Shown: piece after piece, positions 1 through 11,134 of the stretch
How the letters are laid out: every line of letters begins with the position of its first letter
How positions within the stretch are numbered: the stretch's first letter is position 1
Assembly: GCA_002189035.1 (NCBI GenBank)
Contig: NEEC01000016.1
Span: forward strand, 2,480,001 to 2,544,000
Length of the DNA: 64,000 nucleotides
Direction: 5' to 3'
Source: Utricularia gibba
Lineage: Eukaryota > Plantae > Magnoliophyta
The notes under the pieces: model-generated
What the model was told of the DNA's origin: nothing
Databases searched by the model: none
Seen by the model: the letters and a program-made list of their open reading frames with translations, nothing else
Made by a program: the position numbers and the translations under genes

Positions 1-512
1 AACACATACTTCATTCTAAACCATTATTTATGGGATACAATAAATTAAAATAATCTAAACCCTTTTAATTTAAACCCACCTAACAAACATGGCCTTAATT
101 TTGTGATACAAGCAGAGAAACATGATGTTACACATACATCAACACCCACCTTAATTAACCCTAATCTTGTAGGTGTAGAAGAAGCAATGAAGCACAAATG
201 CAATACCACAAACATCCATGAGGTAATGCTGAATAGGATGGAAGAAGGAAACCATAAAAAGCAAGGTGGGCCACATACTCAAGTACAAGATAGGATCGAA
301 CAACTTTTGAAAAATATCTATTTTCATTAAGAACAACTTTTTACGATGTTACCATTGCAAACTATTATAAAAACAATGTTGTAATCAGAAACTCAGCTTT
401 TGTGAAATAAAGAATTCTATCTTCTTCGCTCAATTCTCCTTCTCTGCTCTTCTGCCAAAATTCCCCCCTTCTACATCTTTAAGTCTTGCACTCTTCTTAA
501 GTTCTAACAAAG

Positions 513-3500
513 TTGTATCAGAGCGATATCCTAGTGCCACATGTGAAAAACAAGATTATTACCCATGCCATGACATTCTAGCAAGAGGATGAACTTACCG
601 CTTATCACCTGAATGTTGACTGTGAGGAGCCAACTGATAATGACACCTCTCAACAGCAGCTCCAAAGTATTACCGTAGTATGAGAAGACCTTTGTTTGGC
701 TCAAGGATTATTTGAAGAAAAGATAGAAAGATGATGGAGTGAAAACCAAGCAGTCACATGACGATTCAAAGATTGAATGACTGGATTGAATGAAACCATG
801 CTAACCCAACTCCATAATTTCACTCAAAAATCCACTCCCTATCTCAAGAATTCTCCATATTAGCACCGAGATCTTCATTTGTATTCTTACCCATACCACC
901 CACAACGACAACCAGGTTAGCAATGGGCTCTAGTTTACAACCCCATGTGAACACAATGGCCTTACCTTCATTCAATAGAACAAATCCCCATGAAGACGAT
1001 TGATCATGCAATTTTTTTAATCCCAAGTGCTACCCACCTTATCGCATTCCTCGCCACCTCAAAAAAGAGTTAGAGAAACTCATTGATGAACTCTTAGCTA
1101 CCAGTTTTATACGCCAAGTAAAAGTTCATTCTCTTCACTCATTTTGTTGGTTTCAAAAAAAGATGGGGGTTGGCGAATGTGTATCAATTTTCAATACCTC
1201 AATATCATTTTGGTAAAGCATAAATTTCCCATCCTTCTCTCCAACCAAGGGGTGGCCTGACAATAGTAAAATTGATGCCATGATATCTTGGCAATAGAAA
1301 ACATAGTTAAAGAACTCCATGGTTTTCTCGGCTTGTCTGAGCAATGTCGATGCTTTATTAAAGATTATGGAATTTTAAGCTGACCCCTTACTCACCTACG
1401 CAAGAAGAATGCTTTTCACTAGACTGCTGCAGCCTTAGAATCCTTCTGATTATTAAAGTTGACACTCAGCACTACTACAGTTCTTGCCCTTCTTGATTCC
1501 TCTACAAATTCATGGTTGAAACATATGCCTACGACTACGGCAACTATAGTATCGTTATTGTCCTGATAAACGAAAAATTGTGCAAGTCGTTAATTTCAAA
1601 TTTTCCTATCAAATAAATTTATAACCTAACCCACATTCAAGCATAAAACAATTATGAGCATAGTGATTAGGGTCGAACACGAAGAGCAGGTGCTTGCTAT
1701 GTGAAAGTTGGCGCACGAAACTAGTGTCACGTTGGTAAAATTGGTCTTAGCTAGGACTAAGACAGAACTAAAACGAAATACAGTAAATAAAAATAACAAG
1801 TTCTAGAGTTCGGTTGTTTCTGGAATGGAATGGGTGATGCCTTGGGACTCCTAGGTGATGTATTCTTATCACTAAACAAACTCACACAAACCACAAATCA
1901 TACAACTAACTCACAAGATCTAGGTCTACCCGGATTCTTGTTTTTCCCCCTAATCTTTGGTCTACCTCTAATTAGGGTTGTTAAGTTGGGTTTCACTACA
2001 TCCCCCTCCTGGATCTATCCTGGTTTGTTAAGGAAGTGGCGTGACTCATGGCTGTTTAGATCTAAAGGTTGATTAACATGTTTCTCCCCTTTTTACCCCA
2101 AGGCACCCCCCTAAGTACTTAGCCACTCATGCTTAAGGTAAATGAAAGTGGAAAAGAAAAAATCACCCAGAGTGTGCTCATTTCACAGTCAAATACCAGA
2201 AAGCAAACAAGCAAGTAATGTAAAGTGTCAACAAAAACTGAAAAACGTCACTAGCTACTCTTAGCTAGGAGTAATATTCTTTGAAGACAGAAAATAATCT
2301 TGAACTTCAGCTTCGTTCCTGTTTGTCTTCCTTCTTCTTCCTCCCCAGAAAACCTTCTCCCCCGAAAATGTGTTCGTGAGTCTCCAAGGGGAGATCTGCT
2401 TCTCTCTCCACCTTTCCTCCTTTTTTGTCCAAAATCTCCCTTTCTCACCTCCTTGGACTTTGTGTGTACTCTTCTTCAGACTTTTGTCACATTTTCTGCC
2501 ACCACACTGTTCATATTCGGCTCCTTGGGATTTGTGTTGCGACCCATGCTGCATTGCTCAAAAGGAACTGTTAGAAGGGATTTAGTCCCAACTAAGACTA
2601 AAAGTGCACTCCTATAGTACTTATGTGCAAAAATATAGAAACAGGCAATTAAGCTTAATTTTTTTAGCATAAAATGTGTAAATTCCATGCATTGAGCCAC
2701 TCAAAAATATGTGTTATCATGTCCTCTCTCAAAAGGTTCATCCTATTGTGTTCTATTCTTGTGCCTTGGAGAAAAAGACAAAAGCCTCTCTATCTATTCT
2801 CAAAAGGTTCATCCTATTAGTCCTAGAACCTGATTGGTTGAGTAAACTACAATTAAGTTACAAGCAAGATCCTTTTCTAAACTATCTACATTGATAAACT
2901 TCAGGATCCTTCCTCCCACCCCACCTTATTTCTCCATCATGGCCTTCTCAAATTTAAGGATTGATATTGTGTGGGCACTGGTTTGGATCTGGATGGCCGA
3001 CTCTTCCTTTCCCTCCATTCGTCCGCCATAGATGGCCACTCTACCATTCAAACTACTTACCAACGTCTTAAGAAATATCTCTATTTGAAAAACATGCTGA
3101 AAGATGTTGACCAATGGGTGCACGAATGTGCCACTTGTAGTCGTATCCACTTTGATCGAGCTTCTAGTCTAGGCATTCTCCAACCCTTAGCCATTCCTGC
3201 ACACCAACTGACTTCTATTAGCATGGGTTTTATTGAGGGACTTCCCCCCTTCAGGTGGCAAAACTATTATTCTAGTTGTTAGGAATCGTTTAATCAAATA
3301 TGCTCATTCCCTCACTCTCATGCACTCTTACACAGTACAAATTTGGAAGCATTGTTTCTAACCATGACGAGGTTTTCACTAGCTCCGTGTGGACTACCCT
3401 ATTTCACCGCTTAAATATTCAGCTCAACCTCTCTACGACTTACTACCCTCACTTGGATGGTCAAACCGAGCATGTTGATCAATGTTTGGAAACATATATT

Positions 3501-3518
3501 TGTTAGTGTATGTGTTCT
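513..3518 (+). mobile_element. Degenerate, internally deleted Ty3/gypsy (chromovirus-like) retrotransposon, interrupted by a solo LTR at 1564-2719
   Basis: PBS-Met-like TTGTATCAGAGC at 513-524 after an LTR-like end (...CTAACA). RT N-terminus remnant PYRIPRHLKKELEKLIDELL...KKDGGWRMCINF (~1035-1205). RNase H remnants TVLALLDS..FMVET (~1475-1550) and LSQKVHPIVF (2724-). Integrase HHCC region HSSAIDGHS...CATC...LQPLAIP (2971-3282) and core STTYYPHLDGQTEHVDQCLETY (3300-3506). Many stops and frameshifts. Confidence 0.85.
1564..2719 (-). mobile_element. Solo LTR, Athila-type family A
   Basis: Termini TGATAA...TTATCA; perfect 5-bp TSD TGTCC (1559-1563, 2720-2724). Reverse-complement similarity to 38836-39669 and to 50464-52930, the latter followed by a tRNA-Asp PBS. 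Confidence 0.9.
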
Positions 3519-5079
3519 GTAGCATTGGGTGCATACCCCACTCATGCATTTTCTAGAGTTACAAAGTGTCTACACCCAAGCGACACCGTACGAAAGCAAA
3601 TGTGCAGTATGTTCATCACCCAACACCGCATGTGCGCAAATGTGGTGCTGGCCAAATATGCAACCTTGTTTTCAGAGTGTAGGCCAGCCATGCCTAACAC
3701 AACACTCGTATATATACAGTGCTTCTAATAAACACACATCAGCTCTGCGCTATTGGAATGCATTGTTCTTGTTTGTAGATGGGGAGGGGAGGGGGGTGCA
3801 TATGAACAACACAGTCTTCAGAAAATATGTAGGATGATGAAGCATGCATCACCCGCCCAAAAGTTAGGAACTGTTTAAACAACCCAAAAGTACACACAAA
3901 CCTTGTTGTCCACAAACAACAAAGTACACAAACCTAATCCTTCAAGGATTGGTACTAGAGGCGAGATTATATACAATTAGCTCCTTCTCATAGTCAATTG
4001 ATGCAAGAAAGTAATCTAGCCTCACTAGGTTTGAGCTGATCGTTTCTGCAATGTTGAAGCATTGGAAGAGGGTTGGGGCAAGGGCATACCCCTCACAAAC
4101 TCTACAACCATCTTCTACTTCTCAGCCACGTTATGAGCTTGTTGCAATATTATTGACCCCAATCAGCACAACATCGCATAGGTTTGCACATTCAGCGCCT
4201 CCATTTGACATAGAAACAACATGTGTCCATCGAGAGGCCGTGTGCTTCTCGCAGGCTACCCACCCTCGTCAATACTATTGTGGGACTCAGAGTCCTACCT
4301 ATCTAGTGTAACACGAACACCCTCTACACCACCAAATGGGTCATTAGATGTGTCCTTATAAACGAAAAATTCCTAATGTCGTTGCAAAAATATAATTTTT
4401 ATATCAAATACATTCATAATCCCTAATCCTCACAAAATAAAAATTAAACACAAAATGTAAAGTGGAATTTAGGGTTGATCACGAGGATCAAGTGCTTGTT
4501 GTGTGTTTCAACAGATGCATGTTTACAGAATAAGCGTGGTACTTTTAGTCCAAGGTTAGACTAATAGTGATAGATAAGTTCAGTAACTAAAATCAAATCT
4601 AAACGTAGACAGTAAGTAACAAATACAAGTTCTAAATACAAAATAATACTAAGATGCCTCAAGGTGATGTAGGTGATGTAGGTGATGTGGTACTAAAGTC
4701 TTTAATTTAATTTGCAATGTTTCTATACTAACAATTACAAATAACCTAACTCTACCCAGGTCATTTTTCATGTTTTTGGTTAACATGCCTCTAATTTCAT
4801 CACCCATCCCACACTTAGGTCAACCCATGTGCAAATTATGTAAAACTAAGTCTACCCGACTCTATTGGTTCTATTCAAAACTAACACCTACTATTCCCAC
4901 CTTGATTTGTTGGTCTACCTCTAAATCAAACATCTGGGTTGCAAAACTATTCGTTCTCCCCTCTTAGTCCTACTCAAGGAATGATAGAAACGAAAGCTAA
5001 GACACATTGATCAATTCTCTTATGAACCCTAGCTCCCACATCACCATTTTACATTTTAAGGGATTCCTAAGATCTAGCC

Positions 5080-5420
5080 TGTCACGACCCATACTTGCCT
5101 TGCACGATATTGTCCACTTCGGGGACTCAACCCTCACGGTTTTACGTTCTCCTCTTCCGGGGAAAAGGCCTCATGCAAGATTAGCAGGATTCCTCTATTT
5201 AAGCACGTCCCCACCCCCGTCCGTAACCAATGTGGGATGCGTAACCATAACTAGGCCTGTGGCGCTACATACCTTCACCCCCTCTTAGACACTCAGAGTC
5301 CTCGCTAAGTGCCACCTCACCCCACCCTTGGCACGAGCCCGAGTTTGGCCCTAATACCAAATGTCACAACCCATACTTGCCTTGCACGATATTGTCCACT
5401 TCGGGCACTCAACCCTCACA
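5080..5420 (-). mobile_element. TRIM: complete 190-bp 3' LTR (5080-5269), PPT, ~90-bp internal region, PBS-Met, truncated 5' LTR (5362-5420)
   Basis: On the minus strand: PBS TGGTATTAGGGC (5348-5359) and PPT AAGAGGGGGTGAAGGTA next to LTR start TGTAGCG. The LTR contains the TRIM-type motifs CCCACATTGGTT and GGACAATATC and ends GGGTCGTGACA. Confidence 0.85.
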
Positions 5421-6817
5421 TTTTACTTTACTCTTTAGTTTTAACTTGTTCTACTTTATACTAAACTAGCCAATCAAATGTATCCAAGTGACAACCACTA
5501 AGTGCGTGACATGTGTCATCTCGCATGTGCACCACATGTCCTGTTGCAGGTGCACCACGTGTCTCTTGCATGTGTGCCACTTGTATGTCATGCATGTGGC
5601 ACGCAAAATAAGGAGGAAATGTAGATGAGAATATATATATATGATGGAATGTAAGGTTTCTTCATTTATTTTTGAAGGAAAGGTTATAGTGCCTTTAGTG
5701 AACGAAGCTTTAGAGTTGGTTTGGAATCTAAGGTGTTAAGGTAAGTGGCATGATTGCTTTTGAAGCTTTACTTATCTTTGAAATTGAATTGTGAAAAGTT
5801 ATGTGTCTATGTGATATTGGTGTTTAATTTCCATTACTCTCTTACCAAAATGTCAAGGCCCAAAATTTACACCTTATAATTTAGACCTTGATGCCATGTT
5901 CCCGAAAAGAAACATAAGGCCGTATTATCCTATCATCTTAAATTGATAGGGATATTGGATTAATTTAGGTTATATCATATAGTAAGAGGTGAACGCAAAA
6001 GAAGGTAATTCACATAACCATTATACAAAATGGTGGACATGACATGACTCCCAATACAAACTTAACGCTTCAAGAATTCACAAGGCAACCTAGAAACATA
6101 AGAACTAGTTTGGATGTGAGCTCTATTCTGAACAACCTAGTTAGGCCCGCAACCAAGAGACTCCAAAATGATTGGCAATGAGATCCTTTTTCCTACAACC
6201 TACAGCACCTGGTCCTGCCCTTTCCATTCATTACCTGGAATAATTAGCGGTCAAGGCACTGAATGCAATTCATTTAATCAATAAGACCATGTAGAACAAG
6301 TATGTATCCATTTAAAATAAAGGTTCATCAGAAAACAAGAATAATCAATAGCATTTGACATATTATGAGTCCATTAACTATGTGACCATTTACGTGCATG
6401 GTTGCACACCCTTGATCTTAGTAACTTTAGTCTGGCAACCTTAGAAGCCAAGATCAAGAATTTCCTTTTGGCTTTGGCCTTATGAAATCAATAAAGGGGT
6501 GCCACCCCCTTTACCAAGTCCATACGGTTGCAGCCCCTTTGCCATTTTTCCATTTCTCAACCTCATACCGTTTGGTGGCTAAAACTCCATAAAGAGTTGC
6601 CTTAAGCATGCTTGACATATAAGAGTGTGCATCCACAGCTCCCCATAAGTTTTCTACTTCAAAACATTGCATTTTAATCTCATAACACATAACGATACAC
6701 ATGAAAACCATGTCATATTTCATGAATATTTCCTTACTTTAAATTACTAAATAAAAATCATTTGGAAGCTAGGGAGCAGGGCTTTATTCAGTAATAGAAA
6801 TAGCAAAAATTCAAGCA
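5421..6817 (-). repeat. Filler made of two gypsy-type LTR fragments (family E)
   Basis: 5421-5830 is reverse-complement similar to 19320-19745 joined to 21199-21250. 5851-6780 is reverse-complement similar to ~17380-18202 and includes the LTR end GGGCCTTGACA. Confidence 0.75.
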
Positions 6818-6974
6818 CCCAGATTGGTTACGGACGGGGGTGGGGACGTGCTTAAATAGAGGAATCCTACTAATCTTGCATGAGGCCTTTTCCCCGGAAG
6901 AGGAGAACGTAAAACCGTGAGGGTTGAGTGCCCGAAGCGGACAATATCGTGCAAGGCAAGTATGGGTCGTGACA
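6818..6974 (+). mobile_element. Partial TRIM LTR (U5 side), inverted relative to 5080-5236
   Basis: 157 bp reverse-complementary to 5080-5236 with 4 mismatches counted by eye; ends GGGTCGTGACA followed by TAGCC. Confidence 0.9.
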
Positions 6975-8541
6975 TAGCCAGTCATGTTCAAGAGATAAAG
7001 CATGCATAAATTTAAGAGAATATCTCAAACATTGCTAAACAAACAGTCATGGTCAAATATTTAGCAAGAAAAAGAAAACAAAGCACAATAGTTGTTTTGT
7101 TCACATTTGAGATTTTTGTTCTAAAAAATCATCTTCTTTTTCCTTCCTTCGTGTTCCTCCTCCCCTCCTTGGGTCTGGAGCGGTTCTCCTTCTTCCTCTC
7201 TCTCAAAAAATATCTTTACTTGTTTCTTTCCCATTTTTCAAAGTTAATACACTATTCCTGATATCTATATTGTTCTTGGCCTAAACCTACAACTGTTGGC
7301 GGCTGAATATCAATCATGCTTCCTCCTAGCGTCTTGTGTCCAGAGAATTATGCTTATAAACTAGCTAAATATGTGCATAATGTTGTTGTTAATACTTAGA
7401 AGAGCATTAGAAATCATAATATAGAATAAATCATCAATTTAGTCCATGTTATGCATAGAAATACAAATAACACTACAGTGAAAAAAAATATTAAAAATCA
7501 TAATCAAAATACCTAATTTTATCATGAAACATGTCAATTTTATAACCTAAAAACATTAATAAAATGTGTGTCATCATGTCCGCATAAGACAAGTCAGTAT
7601 TCTGTCCCATAAGTTCTGATTGCACCGAAGATGTGTCCACATGTCGGCCACGTCTTCTGTGAATTTTCTCTTTCTAGATGCACCTACGAAGCTGATGGAA
7701 TTATCCCCATTAGCCCGATCCTTCTCGAAGATCTCCCTCCAATGTGTGTAATGCGGCCAAGACTTATGTGTAAGCATGTACAACCTCGGAATATGCTGCA
7801 ACAATCACATGATTAATACATGGAAATGAATTCTTCAAATATGAGAACGATGCACACCTATTCAATCTTCTTCTAGACATCGTCAATGGCATCCACCGTG
7901 TTGGTTGCCTCATTGAAACTGGTGCCCGACTTGGCTAAGAAATCAATAAGCACATAATACTCTCGTTTCCAAGTATGTACCTTTTGGAACTGCACCGATG
8001 TCAATTTTGGGACAAAGGTTCACGAACACTGAATGGACCGCTTGGTGATGCCTGCCTCTGAAACCATTTTAAATTATCCACCCATCTTTACTTCACACCA
8101 TAGATGAGATCCTTCTCCTCCTCGTGCTTCTGAGTTTGCTTGGTTTTCTTACTAGAATCTACAAATGGGCTTGCTATATCCATGAATGGAGAAAACAAGG
8201 AAGAAACAAGGGAAAATGTGTAGAGTAGATTGTTTATTTTTGGAGACAAAAGTATTGGTCGGTGGGAGTATGAGGAGAAAAGGGAAACCAAATTATTTCA
8301 CAAATTACATTTTTAATGAAGCAGGGTATATCAGTCATTTTATACATAAATTCATACAATACCTGATTTTTATCCCACATACCAAACACATTGTGACCCA
8401 TAACTCAAATAACTTATATCTACTAACCAAACAAGAATGACCTTCTAATCGAACAAAAAAGGTTTATATAAACCCAAATAAACTAAACCCATATTAAATC
8501 TCTACCCACATATCAAATGTGTCCTAATGGTTCTCAAACAA

Positions 8542-8742
8542 GTTGACAATGCAATATTTCCATATCCCCACAAATACATGGTTCATAAAAAAGATTCAAC
8601 CTTAATGAAAGAAGGTGAGATGAAGACTTTTCTTGAAGTACTTGTACAAGCACCTAGTGTAACATCATTTATGCATGATTTTCACATTGTTGAAGCACCA
8701 TTGAATGAAGACCATATGATTGAGAGTATTACAAAGCTCTAA
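8542..8742 (+). pseudogene. Orphan last exon of a NIF/FCP1-like (HAD) phosphatase gene
   Basis: VDNAIFPYPHKY...EGEMKTFLEVLVQAPSVTSFMHDFHIVEAPLNED aligns with the last exon at 30216-30425 and with the plant consensus AIFPxSY...GDLRVYLEGLAxAxxVQxYV. The acceptor appears mutated (CAA instead of CAG); no upstream exons found. Confidence 0.6.
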
Positions 8743-9749
8743 TTGAGTAATTCTTATTTTCTATTTCATTATGCTTGTTCGGAAGACTTCATTACTATTT
8801 GAGAGTTTGCATTAGACTATGTTTTAATTTATAAGCATGTTCTCTAGTAACTATAACTGATGATTACAATGATTGATATAAAGTAGGTAATTATCATTTT
8901 TCTTATATTACTTTTATTCTGGTAATTGTTATAGATAATTAATGTACACTTTATAGGCATTTATACTTTTTATAATAGTGATAGTTAGTTATTTATTTAC
9001 GATAGCATTTTTTTTTCTTAAAAAATTTTAATTTTTTTATTCTTATGCATGTGTTTATACAAAAATGTAAAACAAAAAAATTTTGAATTTTAATATAATA
9101 TTTACAAAAAAAATATAATTTATTTCGTATAATTGTTCAATTTTTAAATATTATTAATAAATTGTATTGTTTTTAAACAAGAAATATCAAAATAAAAAAG
9201 TTAAATAAAAACCATCTTTATGTTATTTTATTTATTATTTATAAAAGAATGTATACCGTATTTTGATATTTCATTTTCTTTTAATTATTTTTTTTCTTTT
9301 ATTATTTAATTGTATATATTTTATGAACAAATAATATCCAAACAAAAATGTAAATTATAAAATATTTGAGTGATTTTTTATATTATATTTAAAAAATAAT
9401 ATAATTATTTTTATTTTTTAATTCGATATAATTATTGAATTGCAAAGAAAAGTATTTTAATGATATTTATTATAATGTTTGTAAATGGAATATAATGTAT
9501 TTTTTATTTTTTTGTAAATAATATAATTATTAAATGGTTAAAATAGTAGACCAAAAAGAAATTGAAAAATGGAAAATAAAATAGTAGAATAGGTGGTTGT
9601 GATACACAATGAAGATAAGATGCACATTGTGAATGGTTTTGAAATGAGGTATTTTATAGTGGATGGTTTTAGTAAAAACTCCTTACTCCCCTCCTCTCTG
9701 ACCATTTTGAGATTAGAATGGTTTCACTGTTCACTCTTCAACACAGACT

Positions 9750-10540
9750 CAAACCCGACAAAATACAATAATAATAGCCCACTGGACTGGACGAGCATCC
9801 GAACACACACGGAGGGGAATTGACTTTTTTTCATCTCCTAAGTCCAAACAAAAATAGCTGGCCGGCAGCGTTGGGTTTGACCACTGGATCCACACAAAAA
9901 GATGGGTGGCTACGTCGGTGACAGGTACTGCACATCCAATGGACGCAGCCATAGCTCTCTCGCCCATCATTTTCCCAAGCCCCTCATGGAACCCGCTCAC
10001 ACCCAATACCATCACAGCAAACAATGGTACTGGCATTCTCAAACTCCATGACCAAGTTCCTGATTCACTGTTCAATAGGTAACCATAAGAAATGCACATT
10101 GCAATTGGTGGTAACCCACCCGCCACTGAAACACCACCTGCCCAACACCACCTTGTCAAAAAGGCTATCAGAAGTCTCCATTGGAAGCTCGGCTTATCAT
10201 AAAGGGAGATGCCTACTTTACTTATAAATCACACCATGTGGTTTTACATCAAAAATTTGTTGAGCTCCTAGATATCAAGATGTTCAAGAGTTGATCTCTT
10301 CATTGAAAGAAAATATTGCCACTTGGTAAGTAACGAGTGAGAAACAACCGACAAAAAAAACTTGTTGGGTTCACCCATCTCAAAGTATGAACCAGACTTT
10401 CAAGAGTTGTTCTCTTCATTGATTTTGGTTCTAGAGATTCACATCGTCAACTCCTACCTGTGCAGCACAATAACAGACATCTGGCTTCATAATACACGAC
10501 ATACATGAGTGATAAGCTGTTGGATATGCAGCTTGCCTTG
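9750..10540 (-). pseudogene. Possible F-box associated (FBA-type) domain remnant
   Basis: Motif-like segments KASCIS..LLLCC, WVNPT, YLLNSESGTWS and YFCLDLGDEKKSIPL resemble F-box protein C-terminal beta-propeller motifs; frames are broken. Confidence 0.35.
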
Positions 10541-11134
10541 ATGGGTTGCTTATGTTCCAGTCAAAAAAAGGTACTACTACAACTAGTACATACAAGCATT
10601 CCCACCAGCTAAACTACGAACAAACATGTGAAATTGGTAAAGCCAAGCCTACGCTACCAGACCACTTGAATCATAAAAATATAAAAACAAACAGCATCAA
10701 GTTTAGGACTAGTCACAGTGTGTTCATTCATCCATTGATTCATCAGATATATCCCACGGTTCAACACACTTACCCTTATCTTAATTTTGTAATCCCAAGT
10801 GCAAGAATTTCGTTTTAAATCAGTCGACGATCATTCATCACGTATGCATCCAGCCATATGCACAAAAGCGTTGACACGATGATTTTATTTGCCTGTCGAT
10901 GCGGTTTAGCAAAAAAGGCATTGGCCTGGCCGATGGTGTGCTAAAACAATATATAATAATTCTTTTAAAGGAAACCAAGGTGAGTTCAAACAATTGAACG
11001 ACACTTCGCCAGGGCAGGGCAGGAAGCATATTCAAGAAGATGATTCTGTGTCATACCTGTGGCTTCCTGTGCATTGAGTAAATATGGGTGTCTCGTTTCC
11101 ATCATCTATGGCCCTTCTCAGATGATCAATTTCA

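Larger units (their letters stand above)
4356..7576 (-). mobile_element. Solo LTR, Athila-type family D, carrying a 1.9-kb insertion (5080-6974)
   Basis: Termini T(T)ATAAACG...GTCATCA; TSD TGTCC (4351-4355, 7577-7581). Similar to 50934-52208 on both sides of the insertion. Confidence 0.8.
3945..8110 (-). pseudogene. PIF/Harbinger Myb/SANT-like ORF remnant split by a solo LTR (pieces 7582-8110 and ~3945-4350)
   Basis: Minus-strand translations VHTWKREYYVLIDFLAKSGTSFNEATNTVDAIDDV and KSWPHYTHWREIFEKDRANG match the Harbinger Myb motif (KSWPxYxDWxxIFGKDRATG). A plausible C-terminal part, IAETISSNLVRLDYFLASIDYEKELIVYNL, lies on the other side of the LTR. Confidence 0.7.

Noticed and set aside
4051-4311. 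Chromodomain of the gypsy integrase
   Set aside because: No aromatic-cage motifs; the opposite strand fits better as the Harbinger Myb C-terminus continuing across the LTR.
5080-5269. Cassandra (5S-bearing) TRIM
   Set aside because: The LTR lacks the 5S rRNA A/C-box segment (AGTACTAGGATGGGTGACC); it matches the classic TRIM layout instead.
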